From the NCBI GenBank assembly GCA_043228905.1, contig JBHGNT010000001.1, positions 23,002,001-23,066,000 of the forward strand: a stretch of 64,000 bases of DNA, given 5' to 3'. This DNA comes from Azolla caroliniana. Lineage: Eukaryota; Plantae; Polypodiophyta. Positions 23,227 through 36,119 of this stretch are shown piece after piece. A program made the position numbers and the translations under genes. The notes under the pieces are model-generated. The model saw only the letters and a program-made list of their open reading frames with translations, was not told the DNA's origin and did not search any database. The first letter of the stretch is position 1. Each line of letters opens with the position of its first letter.

Positions 23227-26130
23227 GACTCGTATCTACTATGACGTAGATGGGCATCCCTTCTTTGTAAACGACTTTCCTTAAATCTGGTGCTGCCACC
23301 AGTAGCCCTTTTAACCTCTTCATCGCCTCTGTGTGTACCGGTTCCCATTTGAAATTTCTCCCTTCTTTTAGTAAGCTATACAAGGGTCCAACCACATGAG
23401 CATAATGCAGAATCCAAATGTGGTAGAATGCACATGCTCCTAAGAATCTTCGGACCTTTGTTTGCGTTCCAAATTCCTCTCGCATCTCTTGAATAGCCTT
23501 CACCTTCTCAGGTGAGGGTTTCCGTCCGTATGGTCCACAAAGATGTCCCACTACTAGGATCTCGCGTTGGCCAAATGCTGATTTTTCTCCGGAGAATGTG
23601 AGCCCTACACCTTCTAATCTTTCTAGCACTCTTCCACAGTCTTCAATATGGTTTGAAACAAATCTTCAACATCCATCTTGATCTAAAGACTCGTCCTTCT
23701 TTGATTTAGGGCACCCCTTTATAGGGATATCATCAAGGAAATGCATTGTAATATCTGGGATGCAATCTCTTAGTACTTTGATCATGGCGTTCATCATGTG
23801 AGCCACCGAGTTAATTGCCCCTTGCGGTAATGTACACATCCTTAGTAGCCAAATGGGAGTCCGCATTGTTGTGATGTCTTGACTATCCAAAGACAATTGA
23901 AATTGGTCGTATCCAGAATACAAGTCTCCAATCGAGTAAATCGACCTTCCTGCAAAAGCTTAAGCAAACTCATCAACACGAGGTCCAATACCAACATTAC
24001 GAATGGTGACCTTGTTTACCGATTGTAGATCTTGGATAAATCGAAGCGCTCCATTCTTCTTCGGCATTGTGAACCACCTATTTGAATAAGGCACATTAGA
24101 TGGCTCAATGATTCCCATTCTAATATTTTCTTTGAACAACTCTAGCAATCTTGGAATGTGAGCTCTTGGAACAGGAATTGGCTTCAAGTTCCATGGCACA
24201 TGGGGTATTGTAAAGATAACCATTGGTTCCACAAGAATTGGGTCAACACATCCGATCTCTTGTGGGGAAAAGGCAAATGCTTTCCCGTGTTGCTCCAACA
24301 TTTCCCAAAACTTGGACTCCTCTTTGGGAAGCAAAAACTCACCCCCACCAATTTTGAGCTTCCTCCGAGTTTCGTCGGTGAAGACATTCCCTACTCCTTT
24401 AAGGTCTCTAAGGCACGGTGTTGCGAAGATTCGCGTGCAGTCGTGCTTCGTGCGAGCGGGACCACCAGGGCCACGGACTAGGGAGGACGTTCGTGAACTT
24501 GTTGAAAAGACGATGATGTGTTTGTATGAGTTGAGGAAACCAATGTCACATTTGAAAAGAACAAATATTATTTTACTCGAGAAGAAGATAAATTAGAAGA
24601 TAGATGTTAAGAAGAATATTATATTATTGATGATGATCTCCAAATTGACCCCCCTTTACACAAGCCCAACTAGAGGCTTTTATAGGTCTCTCCATGCTAG
24701 TGACATGCACAAAACCATGGGCTAAAACCATGGTTTTGTACACATGGTTTTGCTTATGACATGCACAAAACCATAGGCTTAAAACCATGGTTTTGTGCAC
24801 ACGGTTTTTTTACATTTGTTTCCTATGGAATACTATAACAAGAAAATATAGAAAATCTAAATCATTTGGTAGTAGTTTTAGTGGTAAGTTAATTGCCTCC
24901 TATCTTGGAGGTGCAAGGTTCAAATCTTACTTACACCTCTCTATATGCACACAATGCCATTAGGCCCTAGGATTATTTATTTTCATTTTTAGAAGTATTT
25001 GTGTAATGTGCATGTATCCTCAAATTTTCACTTTTTCTCGCATTAAACACGCCACATAACGACAACGGATGTCGCACCACCTCCTTTATTCACTGCCAAC
25101 TGTCTTCAGGCAAGGGAGCAACCACAAGTTTGACCTTCTTATATACAGTCTTGTATTTGGTATTAACGTCGACTTCATCCGTCGCGACACCTTGTTCGTA
25201 TTCGTCGATAGCGGTGTATAAGGCAACATAGTTGATTGGAATCATTTTGTTGACTTGTAGTTTCAATTCGATGACTTTCTCCATTTCCCCAAGAGTATCA
25301 TCAAATGAGATTATCTCCATGTACCCGTTTATTGCCTCTTCCTCGCTCATAATCCCAATTTCTCTAAGTTGTTCCTCTAGGATTTCTATTTTAATATCGC
25401 CTCCATTAATGTTGCTAAATTTACACATCCCATTTTCAGAAAACAAGACTTCATTTTCATTAATGGGGTGACAACTTTTATTATCCGATTTGGGGACATA
25501 GTTAGATGTCCTGGACTATTGTTATCCCTCTCCCTAATAGCCCGAATTAAAAATCCTCCCTAGATTCTTTCCCTAAGAGCTATACCTATTTCTTTCATGG
25601 TTTGGTCGTATGGTGAGGAATTGAATCGAGCTCGTCCCATCTTGACTTCGTATTCGCACATATGCCGAACCATTATCAAGTACTTTGTCTCCATCCGGGA
25701 TGCTGTAATGTAAGGCTCGCCAAGGATGACAGGATGTGACGCCGATTCCTGCACAAAAAAGTGTTGATCATGCTCAACGTCGCCAATAGTTACCTTAATG
25801 TTAGGACAGGCCCCATGAAGCTCTTCAGTCGCCCTGGTTGCCACTCGAATCTTCCACCCATGCCTAGTATTAATGGGCCAACGACCTTTCCGATAGAATT
25901 CAAGAGACATGAGGTAGATCTCCGAGCCATGATCAATGAGCGCCACCACCGGATCTTTCAAGTCTCCCATCCGCATCAGTGTCTCAGTAGTGGCCCTAGC
26001 CCAATGTGGCCTTGCGAAATGGCTATCCACAAATTCTTGTTTAATTTCGAGACCTTCTGTTGTAATAGTGCTTGTCGAGACATTTCCCGGTCTGGTTCCT
26101 TCTTCAGTTGTCGTCAGTCTCTTCCTTCAA
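23227..26130 (-). pseudogene. gag-pol: Element A gag C-part, protease, RT and RNase H N-part (interrupted by solo LTR C)
   Basis: ALIDHGSEI protease motif, FIQDLQSVN, YSGYDQFQL, LPQGA, FLDDIPIKG, RRFLGAC and VDTSP in ORFs 25560..26030, 23960..24334, 23666..23923 and 23168..23629. Confidence 0.9.
24419..25064 (-). mobile_element. Element C: solo LTR (646 bp) of a family related to A/E/F
   Basis: TGTTGCG...CGACA termini and 4-bp TSD ACGG (24415-24418, 25065-25068). Its removal restores the A pol frame (VRHPCLRD). It shares the A/B-box module. Confidence 0.85.
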
Positions 26131-26876
26131 TGAGTAGCTAATTAGCTACTACCATACTTTAGTACAATAGCTAATTAGCTAAGTGGTAGCTAATTAGCTA
26201 CTACTAGCAATGGGCACGGTTTCGGCTCAAACCAAACCGAACTGTTAAGCCATGGTTTAACGGTTTATTGGTTCCAAAAAAATTAATGGTTTGGATTCTC
26301 GATAAACGGTTCGGTTTCGGTTTGGTTTGGTTTTAAAACTCGGTTTGGTTTAAAGGTTTATAGGTTATTGGTTAACCTTTTTTTTTTACCTTAATAGTTA
26401 ATTGATGCAATGGTTTGATTAATGGTTTTTTATTGATTTAATTAATTTAACTTAAATGTTTATTTAATTTAATGATTCAATTAAAGTTTCTTTTATTGAT
26501 TTAATAAATTTAACTTAAATTCTTATTTAATTTAATGTATTTTTGTTTCTTTAGATGTTTAGCTAGTTTGACTTAAGTGTTTAGGTTTAATTTTTTTATT
26601 AAATGGTTAGGTTTGGTTTCAACTTTTCCCTAAACGGTTTCATTTTAAAAGGTTTGGTTTAACTTTTTCTTAAATGGTTTGGTTTAAATATTGAGAGTTC
26701 ATAAACGGAAACCAAACCAAACCGAACTGAAACCGAACCGTGCCCATTGCTAGCTACTACCATATTAGTACAATAGCTAATTAGCTACTACCATAGTTTA
26801 ATACAATAGCTAATTAGCTACTACCATACTTTAGCTGAGTAGCTAATTAGCTACTACCATAGTTTAGTAAAATAGT
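26131..26876. repeat. Minisatellite built on the palindrome TAGCTAATTAGCTA (left part, split by the MITE)
   Basis: Repeated AGCTAATTAGCTACTACCATA(C/G)TTTAG units. Confidence 0.9.
26205..26752. mobile_element. Non-autonomous hAT-type MITE (548 bp)
   Basis: 17-bp perfect TIR TAGCAATGGGCACGGTT, 8-bp TSD GCTACTAC (26197-26204, 26753-26760), subterminal AAACC/CCGAA repeats, AT-rich core. Confidence 0.9.
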
Positions 26877-27168
26877 TGTCATGATATGACAAGACTCAAA
26901 CCCCTGACCTTATGTTATATAGGACGAGCTCTTGGCCATTATACCATCTATTGTAATACGTAGGATACTATTTTCATTTGAGTTTTATTATAGGAAATTA
27001 ATGTATATTTCAGATTTCTCTAGAACATTCTAGAAGCTTCAGGACTCCTCTTGAGAACACTATAAAAGGAGGCACAAGGCATTATGTTGAACCAAATTGG
27101 TTCAATGCTAGTCTTAAGCCTCATAGCCATCTTGTACTTACTCTTCCTATAATATATTATCTGTTATG

Positions 27169-27207
<39 letters not shown>

Positions 27208-27314
27208 CTCTTTCCTCTCTCTCGGGAGTCTTACGTAGTACCGTCCTCTTTGTACTAATAGTACTTCCCTTCTCCAGTACTAATTCTCTCTCAGTTTTAG
27301 TACTATTCCTGATA
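26877..27314 (+). repeat. Element D 5' LTR
   Basis: Direct repeat of 46328-46779; TATAAAA at 27061. Confidence 0.92.
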
Positions 27315-27316
27315 GT

Positions 27317-27328
27317 TTGAACCAATTT
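27317..27328 (+). promoter_or_regulatory. Element D self-priming PBS
   Basis: TTGAACCAATTT is the exact complement of AAATTGGTTCAA at 27094-27105, about 33 nt downstream of the TATA box. No TGG tRNA-type PBS is present. Confidence 0.75.
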
Positions 27329-27385
27329 ACCTCTAGTCTTCTTTTTGGTTTCCCTCATCCTCTTACCCCTTTGTTTTCCATTACT

Positions 27386-30300
27386 ATGGCTACTGTTAGC
27401 TCCCAAGAATATCAATCCATTTTCTCCGAGCTACAGGGTCTAAAAGAAAAATTTGTTGCCTTGGAACAAGAAAACCAACGAATGTTAGGGGACCTTCAAC
27501 AAATCGCTCTAGCAAAACAACCAACGTAGCAACAACATGGGGAGTTAGCGTTATGTGTACAACAACTCGAAGCAACCATCGTAGCGTTGCAACAACAAGG
27601 ATCAAGTCCCCAAGGATTTCATAAAGAGCCCAAGATTGGACTTCTTGTGAAATTCGATGGAACGCGATTGCAATTCAGGGGATTTCTTAATCAGGTACGC
27701 TTAGTCATTCAAATGCATCCTTCCCGATACCCCACCGATGCATCCGGAATCGCCCTAATAGGCACGTTGCTCAGCGGCTCAGCCTTGGCATGGTTCGCTC
27801 CGCTTCTAGAAAAACAATTGCCCTTGCTTAATAACTTTGAAGACCTTATTAGCAATTTTAAAGCATGCTTTGGAGATACAGACAACATCAGGACGACGAT
27901 CAACAAAATCCGACGATTGTGCCAAGGTGATCGTCCAGTCTCTACCTACGCGGCGGATTTCCGTCTACTCGCCTCAGATATCCCCTGGGAAGATTAGGCA
28001 CTAATGGAGCAATTTCGCTACGGCTTGCGAAACGATGTCAAAGATTTACTCCTAACCTTCCCCGAAGAACCAAAGTCTCTTATAGAGGCAATCAGTCGAG
28101 CTCTGATGTGACAACCGCCTTTTCGAACAACGTTCTGAATGTCAATTACAAATACCACGCCCTAGGCCGTAGCCCACATATGCCTCAGTCGTGGCTAAAC
28201 CATTTGCACGAGACGTATCTCAAGCAAATACTCCGACACCAATGGAGATCGACACCATGCGTCGACGTGGCCTGTTATCGGAAGAAGAAAAGCAATGCCG
28301 ACGTGCAAATCGATTATGTCTTTATTGCGGTGGACCAGGGCATATCGTAATCAACTGTCCCCACAGGCCAAGAAGACAGGTAAATCAAATCGTAGCCTGT
28401 ACTAAACCCGAATCAATTATTCCCTTAGGAGTGTTTGATAATATTAATAGTACTAATTGCCCAAGTATCTCAAACAAATTTGAAATCCTTAGTCAATTAG
28501 AAGAAGAGTTAAACGACCGAGTCCAGCCAAAATAGGTGCCGTTTGGTTGGACAACCCTAGATCTGTACATCCCATTAGTGGTTCCATTCCCTCAAAGCAA
28601 GTTAGCAATGTGTTCTTAGCCCAAGTCATGGTTAGTACTAAAAGTACTCCTCCAATACACGTCCTAGCACTTTTAGATTCCGGAGCCAATTCTTGTTTCA
28701 GGAATCGAAATTTTGCCCAAGCTTCTTAGATATCCTTAAGGAAACTTCCTTGCCCTGCATCTGTAGTAGTCATTGATGGTCATCCCATTGCTTTCGGGAA
28801 TATTGTAGAAGAGTCCGAACCCATTCAGGTTGTCCTAGCTAGTTTTGTGTGTGTGGTATCATTTAATATAATTAGTAGTCCAAAGTATCCCATTGTCTTG
28901 GGATTACCTTGGTTTGAATTACATAATCCAGACATAGATTGGAGAACAAGAGAAGTCCGGTATTGACAACCCCAAGAATTTACTCATCGAGTTTCGACCA
29001 TTTCACTCCATCAACTAAGCGAAGAAGGACACATGGAGGCAATGTTTCTATTTGCAATATCAGTACATCCTTCCAACAATATTAAGAAGGAATCCTTAGT
29101 GCAACTTCTAGCAAAATGTCATCCTTATGACGATGTATTTGACAAGGTAAAAGCCGGTACTCTTCCTCATCATCGTCCCTACGACCGTCCCATCGATTTA
29201 CAACCAAGAACAGAGCTACCATGGGGACCAATTTACAACTTGTCACCAACCGAGTTAGAAGTCCTTCGAGCCTACATAGAGGAGAACTTGGCAAGCGGGT
29301 TTATTCATCATTCGAAATCTCCGGCCGGTGCACCCATCTTCTTTGTCAAGAAGAAAGATGGATCACTTCGTCTCGTCGTTGATTACCATGGCTTGAATAA
29401 GGTCACCATTAGGAATAGGTATGCACTTCCTCTTACATAAAGTCTTTTAGAGTGAGTAAATGGTGCCAAGTTTTTTACAAAAATCGATCTACCAGGACCG
29501 TATAACCTCGTGTGGATCCGACCGGGAGACGAATGGAAGACCGCCTTTCGCACGCGGTATGGGCATTTCGAGTATACCGTTATGCCGTTCAGTCTAACCA
29601 ATGCGCCCGCAGTCTTCCAGCACATGGCAAATGGTATATTCAGAGACCTCTTGGATATTTGTTTAATCATCTATCTGGATGATCTATTGATTTATTCGAA
29701 GACCCAGGAAAATCATGATTCTCATGTACTATTAGTACTAAAATGACTCCAAGAGAATGGTCTTTATGCCAAACTAGAAAAATGTAGCTTTGACTGCAAG
29801 CAAGTGGAATTTCTAGGCTACATCATCTCCTCAAAGGGCATCTCCATGGATCTGGCTAAAGTCAAAACTGTGCTAGAGTGGCAAACTCCATGTTCGTTAT
29901 GAGATGTACAATGTTTCCTAGGTTTTGCTAACTTCTACCGCAAGTTTATACTAGATTACTCGAAGATTATTTTACCTCTTACACAACTTACGAAGAAGGG
30001 ACAAACATTTCTTTGGTCCAATGAAGCGGACATGGCTTTTAGGCATCTTAAGAAAGCCTTTACATCAACTCTTATTCTAGCTCATGTGGATAAAAACAAA
30101 CCATTCATCATGGAGGCTGACGCATCGGATTTCGCCCTCGGTAACATCCTTTCTCAACAAGGAGATAAAGAAGAGTTACATCTTGTGGCTTTCCATTCGC
30201 GCAAATTTGATGCTGCGGAAATCAACTACAAGATACATGACAAGGAGTATTAGCCATCGTGGATTCATTTGTGCAATGGCGGCACTTCTTAGAGGGCTCT

Positions 30301-30987
30301 GCACATCAGGTCATCGTCTTCAGTGATCACAAAAACCTTGCTTATTTTCAGAACGCTCGTGTACTAAATGGACGACAAGCTCAGTGGGCCCAATTCCTCA
30401 CGCATTTGGACTTCAAAATCACATATCGACCAGGGAAGTAACAAGGAAAAGCAGATGCACTATCGCAACATTTATATCTTGCACCTTGTCCTGGTGATCC
30501 AATGTTTGATAATCAAAAGCAGGTAATCTTGGAACCAACACGTTTGCACACAACGCGGATTTTTACACTCCACTAGATTCCCGGATTATCGATGCCATAT
30601 GTGCTAACCTAAAGACAAATAGTTTTGCTCAAGCCATTCTAGCGCACATTGATACCTCTCGGGCATCCTGTTCCCAATCTCAACAACCAAGTATGGACTA
30701 CCGATAATTCGAATATCATGATGGTTTATTGTTCTTTAAAAAGCTCGTATATGTTCTCGATTGCTCCTGTCACCTTCAAATCGTCCAAAATTGTCATGAC
30801 ACCCATACATCGGGACATTTTGGTAGTACAAAGACGTTGGATCTAGTTCAACGATCCTTTTGGTGGACCCATATGCGACGTTTTGTCGACGACTACGTTC
30901 GGACCTGTGATGCTTGCTACTGAGCAAAGATGCTACAACATCATCCATATGGCTTGTTGGAACCCTTATCGATTCCAAGTAAGCCGT
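27386..30987 (+). pseudogene. gag-pol: Element D gag, protease, RT, RNase H and integrase N-part (many stops and frameshifts)
   Basis: KFDGTR..RGFLNQ gag, [49 protein letters not shown]...GHFG..CDAC. Confidence 0.92.
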
Positions 30988-31341
30988 TGTCGTGAAGATT
31001 TTTGGAGATAGTGTGAAACTTGTAAGGAACATACAAATCGAGCGTGGTTCTTCTCACGAAATATAAAACAATAATAGTAACGATACTATTTTAAATAAGT
31101 TTAATATCTTGGTACAAAAAGATGGAGGTCTTGAAGAGCTTCTAAATGTACTTTACTACGTAGGAAACAAACATCTAAGTGTCAAGTTATGTGGGTATGA
31201 ACTTTGCAAAGAAGAAGAGAAAAATATGTGATATCCCACATAAACAGGACAAATAAGGAACCCACCATATATAATGTAGACCAAAAGTTATTATTTTTGT
31301 GTTTATGTGTGGAGCATAGAAAGGTTAAGTTGTATGACTTA

Positions 31342-31467
31342 ACAAATGGATGTAGCCAAATGCATATAACTATATGTTCTGGACGAGTCCGGCGACGACG
31401 ATCGACAAATGGATGTAGCCAAATGCATATAACTATATGTTCTGGACGAGTCCGGCGACGACGATCG
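31342..31467. repeat. 63-bp tandem duplication in the 5' LTR of E
   Basis: ACAAATGGATGTAGCC...GACGATCG twice; single copy in the 3' LTR. Confidence 0.9.
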
Positions 31468-31533
31468 ACGGTGTTCGACGGGATCCGACAACGGCGACCA
31501 GACGGAGAAATGCCTTGTAAAAATACATTAATA

Positions 31534-31579
<46 letters not shown>

Positions 31580-32130
31580 TCAAAAGGAGTGCAAGTGAAG
31601 ACTTGATCCTTGCACCTCCACATTGAGAGTTTATAAACGTACCACTAGGCCATGTCATTTCTTTAGAAATGTTTTCCCTATCATTGTACTTTTACATGTA
31701 AATTCTCATATTAGAGCTTAAGTAAGTGAGATGTGATGCATGAGCGCCAAATTGCAAACATGCATCACATGCATTCCATGCATTGTATGCATGTCTTGTA
31801 CCCTCACATGCATCATATGCATGGGTGCGTGTATAAAAGGATGGATGAAAAGGATCAAAGGGATGTGATGTATGATTCAAGAATTTAAGAAGAAGAAAGA
31901 TTCGTTCTCCAATTGATGATATATCTTGTCTCTTGAATCTAAAGTTAAAAGTTCGATCTTATCTCTCTCGCTCTCTATCTCTCTCTCGCCATCTCAATCT
32001 CTCTCCCTTAAACTATCTTAAATCCTTTCTCACTAAAGCTAGTGGGTGCTTCAAGTCCTTCCAGTCCAGAACCCCGGCAGTTTCACCTCACGATCCGCAC
32101 GTAGAGACGGATTTTCATGACATAATCAAG

Positions 32131-32148
32131 TGGTGAACCCGACGTGAA
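32131..32148 (+). promoter_or_regulatory. tRNA-Trp primer binding site of E (also F at 33865-33882; A at 50826-50843 on the minus strand)
   Basis: TGGTGAACCCGACGTGAA is complementary to the 3' end of plant tRNA-Trp (...UUCACGUCGGGUUCACCA, recalled). Confidence 0.85.
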
Positions 32149-32340
32149 AGAGACAGTAAGAAGGATCAAATCGAGGATCAACCGATACTTGGAGATGGCG
32201 TCCTCAAGCAATCAAGCGGGAGACTTCGAAAGGATGATGCTGATCATTGAACAAATGATAAGATCTCGAGACAATGATGCGAGTGTGGAGAAGGCCGTCG
32301 ACCGTGTCTATAGCTCGATGGTCAATTCGACGGAAGGAAC

Positions 32341-32936
32341 ATTACGAAGTTTGTTGATGCATACAAAAGGGAGATGAATCAACGGGACGTGTTTGAAGCA
32401 CGTCAAATCACAAGCCTCAAGAGAGTTGTCGCCAACACCATCTAAAGGCACGTCATCGAGCTTCAAGAAGGGAAGACAACGTGGTCGGAGTTCAAGAAAG
32501 CGATATTAGCGGTGTCGTGAAGATTTTCGGCAATGGTGTAAAAATCACATAAAACGTACAAAATCGAGTATGAATAAGATAAAACAATAATAGTGAAGAT
32601 AACATTTTAAATAAGTTTAATATCTAAGTACGAAAAGATTACGAAGTTTGTTGATGCATACAAAAGGGAGATGAATCAACGGGACGTGTTTGAAGCACGT
32701 CAAATCACAAGCCTCAAGAGAGTTGTCGCCAACACCATCTAAAGGCACATCATCGACCTTCAAGAAGGGAAGACAACGTGGTCAGAGTTCGAGAAAGCGA
32801 TATTAGCGGTGTCGTGAAGATTTTCGGCAATGGTGTAAAAATCACATAAAACGTACAAAATCGAGTATGAATAAGATAAAACAATAATAGTGAAGATAAC
32901 ATTTTAAATAAGTTTAATATCTAAGTACGAAAAGAT
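32341..32936. repeat. 297-bp tandem duplication spanning the E-gag/F-LTR junction
   Basis: ATTACGAAGTTTG...CGAAAAGAT starts at 32341 and 32638; the F LTR start appears at 32513 and 32810. Confidence 0.9.
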
Positions 32937-33877
32937 GGAGGTCTTCAAGAGCTTTCGAATGCACTTTATTACACGAGAAATGGACAACTAGATGTCAAGA
33001 TATAAGAGTATAAAGTTTGTGAAAGGAAAAGAAAAAATTGTGAGATATCCCACATAGACACGACAAATACGACTCTCATCATATATAAGGTAGAGCAAAA
33101 GCTATTATCTTTGTGTCTATATGTGAAGCATAGAGATTTCAAGGTAACTTGAATTAAGAGTGGAGGTGGCCTAGCTACTAGTAAAGGTTTTGGCCAGCCA
33201 AAACCGGACCAACGATGGAGCTGGTGATCTGGCGGCAGCCGGCAAAGCGACGATGGCACACCGGCAACCGGTGATCTGACGGAGCCGGCGAGCCGGCGGA
33301 ATCGGCATCTGGTGACTAGATAAATAAATATATAAATAAATAAATATATATATATATTTTCAATGAGGGCAAGTAAGGATTCGAACCTTGCACCTCCAAG
33401 TTAGGAATCAATTGGCTTACCACTAAACCAATATAGTTAGTTCAAATTATATTTCTATCATTGTACTTTTACATGTAAATTCTTATGCATGAGAGCTAAA
33501 ATGAGTGATATGGTTATCATGCACTACATGTAAATACACGAGCGCCAAATGGCAAACATGCATCATATGCATGGGGGCATCTATAAAAGGATGGATGAAA
33601 ATGTATTATGGATCCATGTATGAACGCAGAAATTAATGAGAAGAAAATTCATTGATGATATATCTTGTTTCTTAAATCAAGACTTAAAATCTTAATCTTA
33701 ATATCTCTCTCTTGGCCATATCAATCTTTCTCAATCTAAGTCAAGCGTTTAATCTTAATCTCTTTCTCTCTCTCAATCTATCCTAAATACTTTCTCGCTA
33801 AGCTTAGTGCGAACTTCGATCCTTCCGGTCCAGAACCCCCACGGTTCCACACGACATAATAAAGTGGTGAACCCGAC

Positions 33878-36119
33878 ATGAAAGAGGCAGCAGGAAGGAT
33901 CAAATCGAGGATCGATCGATACTTTGAGATGGTGTCCTCATGCAATCAAGCGGGAGAGTTCAAAAGGATGATGCTGATTGTAGAACAAATGATGAGATCT
34001 CGAGACAATGATGCGAGCGTGGAGAAGGCCGTCGACCGTGTCGTAGAGCTCAAGGGTCAATTCGATGGAAGGAACGTTACGAAGTTAGCATACAAAAGGG
34101 AGATGAATCAAAGAGATGTGTCTGAAGCACGACAAATCACGAGTTTCAAAAGGGTGGTCGCCAACAACATCCAAAGATGCGTCATCGAGCTTCAAGAAAG
34201 TAAGGCAACATGGTCCGAGTTTGAGAAAGCGATATTAGCAGAGTTCGTGACTGAAGACTCAACGAGGATGACTCGACATGCCCTGATGAAGTGGATAGAG
34301 AAGAAGAATAAGAAGATGAGCACCTCGAGGGTGTACGATGAATTCGACCAGATGTTTAGTCGTCTCCCCAACACAGACCAAGTGCTGCTTGAAGAAGACA
34401 AGACTTTGTACTTCTTGAAAGCTATGGACATGAAGGATAGACGAGAATTGGGGACTCTTCTCGAAGACAATATCCAAACAAATGGGCTTGTGGTGGACTG
34501 GGTTGCGGTAAAGCGAGCATGCAATAGGCTCGACAAGCGTGGTTAGTGGGTTGATGACACCGACTTGGCGGGATTGACTGTTGCGGAGAAAACAAGACAA
34601 CCAAAAGTAGTTGAGCCGCCCAAACAAAGCAACCCGGAAGAAAAGAAGATTGATGACAACATCATCAAAGAACTGGCGAAGAAGTTTGAGGTGGTCACGC
34701 TAGCCAACATGATTCGTCAGGGGCCCAAAGTAAAAGAACCCTTTAGATGCGTGTGGTGCGATAGCATGGAACACATGAGAAGGGATTGCGCGAGCCTTTG
34801 AGAGGCAATCCGATAGAATATTGTGTACATAGATGACAACATGATCTACTCGAGCGAGACTAGAAGACCCCTAAGGGTGAATTTCGGAAGAGGAGGAATG
34901 AAGAAAGCTATGGAGGATGCTGATGCGACTCATGTGGATGCGATGCACTATGCTGTGTTGACCGGAATAAGAGTCGGGAAAGACAAAAATGAAGCTGCGA
35001 AAGTGGGAGCAAAGTTTTGGTCTTCCGTTCTCGAGTATGAGAAGATGGGGAAGGTCACATCAAACGAGGTAGAGCTTGCAGACCGAAGCGTGCAAAGCAT
35101 AATCGGGTGGTCGAATCCGGTGGACGACAACACCATACTCGCGTAGGTGATGTGCGACAACCATGAGGTGTTCGTCGAAGAAAAGAGAAAAAGAATAGAA
35201 GAGCAAGGTCCATCAAAAAGACATGAAACAAGGAACGTGAAAAAGAAGGACGATGCGGAGACGAGTCGACCTTTACAAACAGAGGAACGAGAATCAAGTC
35301 GAAAAGGGGAGCCGAGCATACGAGTTGAAGAAACGGTTCGGCCCGTGAAGGTTGGTGTCGAAGACCCCGCTCGGAGGACAAGGAGTATGCCTACCTATAA
35401 GCTAAGGTCGGACATAGAGCAGACGACGGACCTAAAGAAGATTCTCGAAGAATGAGTTCTTGATAGCCATGTGACTGTCCTTGAGAGAATTGCTTGGCAT
35501 TACGAAGAAGGAGTTCCATGACACGATTGTGGACCTTGTAAAGAGAAAAAGACAACAATCAGACGAGGAAGAAGAGAAGCCGCAAAAAGCAAAAAGGAAT
35601 GCCATAACGATGGCAAGAGACGAAGTCGATGAAGATATGGTGGACAGCCACTATACTCGACCTCATTGGGCACGAGCGACAACGGAGACGCCGGTGAAGA
35701 TCGGGGAGAAGAAAGAGACCATGGTAGCTTTGATCGACCACGGCTTGGAGATCAACCTCATGTCAACCGACTTCTACAAAAAAAGAAGATGGCCAATCAA
35801 TACAAACCACGGATGGAAGATTCGCGCGGCAACAAAGTCTACGGAGGACTTGTACGGAGCTTGTCCCAATGTCAAAGTCACGATCGGGGATTTGGAGATG
35901 GATCAACACTTCTTCGTACAAGAATCGGCGTCGCATCCTGTCATCCTAGGGCAACCTTATATCACATCATCTCGGATGGAGACCAAAGTGTTCGATAATG
36001 GAGCAGCCTTCGCACGAATAAAGAGTCATGACAACCAAAGATCGGTCCAATTGCTAATGGTGTGAGCCAATCATGAAAGGAATCGAGATAGTCTCAGAGG
36101 CGAATCCTCGGATTTTTAG
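33878..36119 (+). pseudogene. gag: Element F gag-protease ORF
   Basis: GQFDGRNVT, CVWCDSMEHMRRDC knuckle, ALIDHGLEIN protease; ends ...ESSDF* at 36117-36119. Confidence 0.9.

Noticed and set aside
24700-24810. AAAACCATGGTTTT palindromes in a duplication of about 55 bp in LTR C
   Set aside because: Local LTR-internal duplication; no evidence of a separate element.
31182-31658. ORFs of 127-158 aa in the LTRs of E (also 44262-44645)
   Set aside because: They lie within LTRs, run through microsatellites and a tandem duplication, and show no protein motifs.
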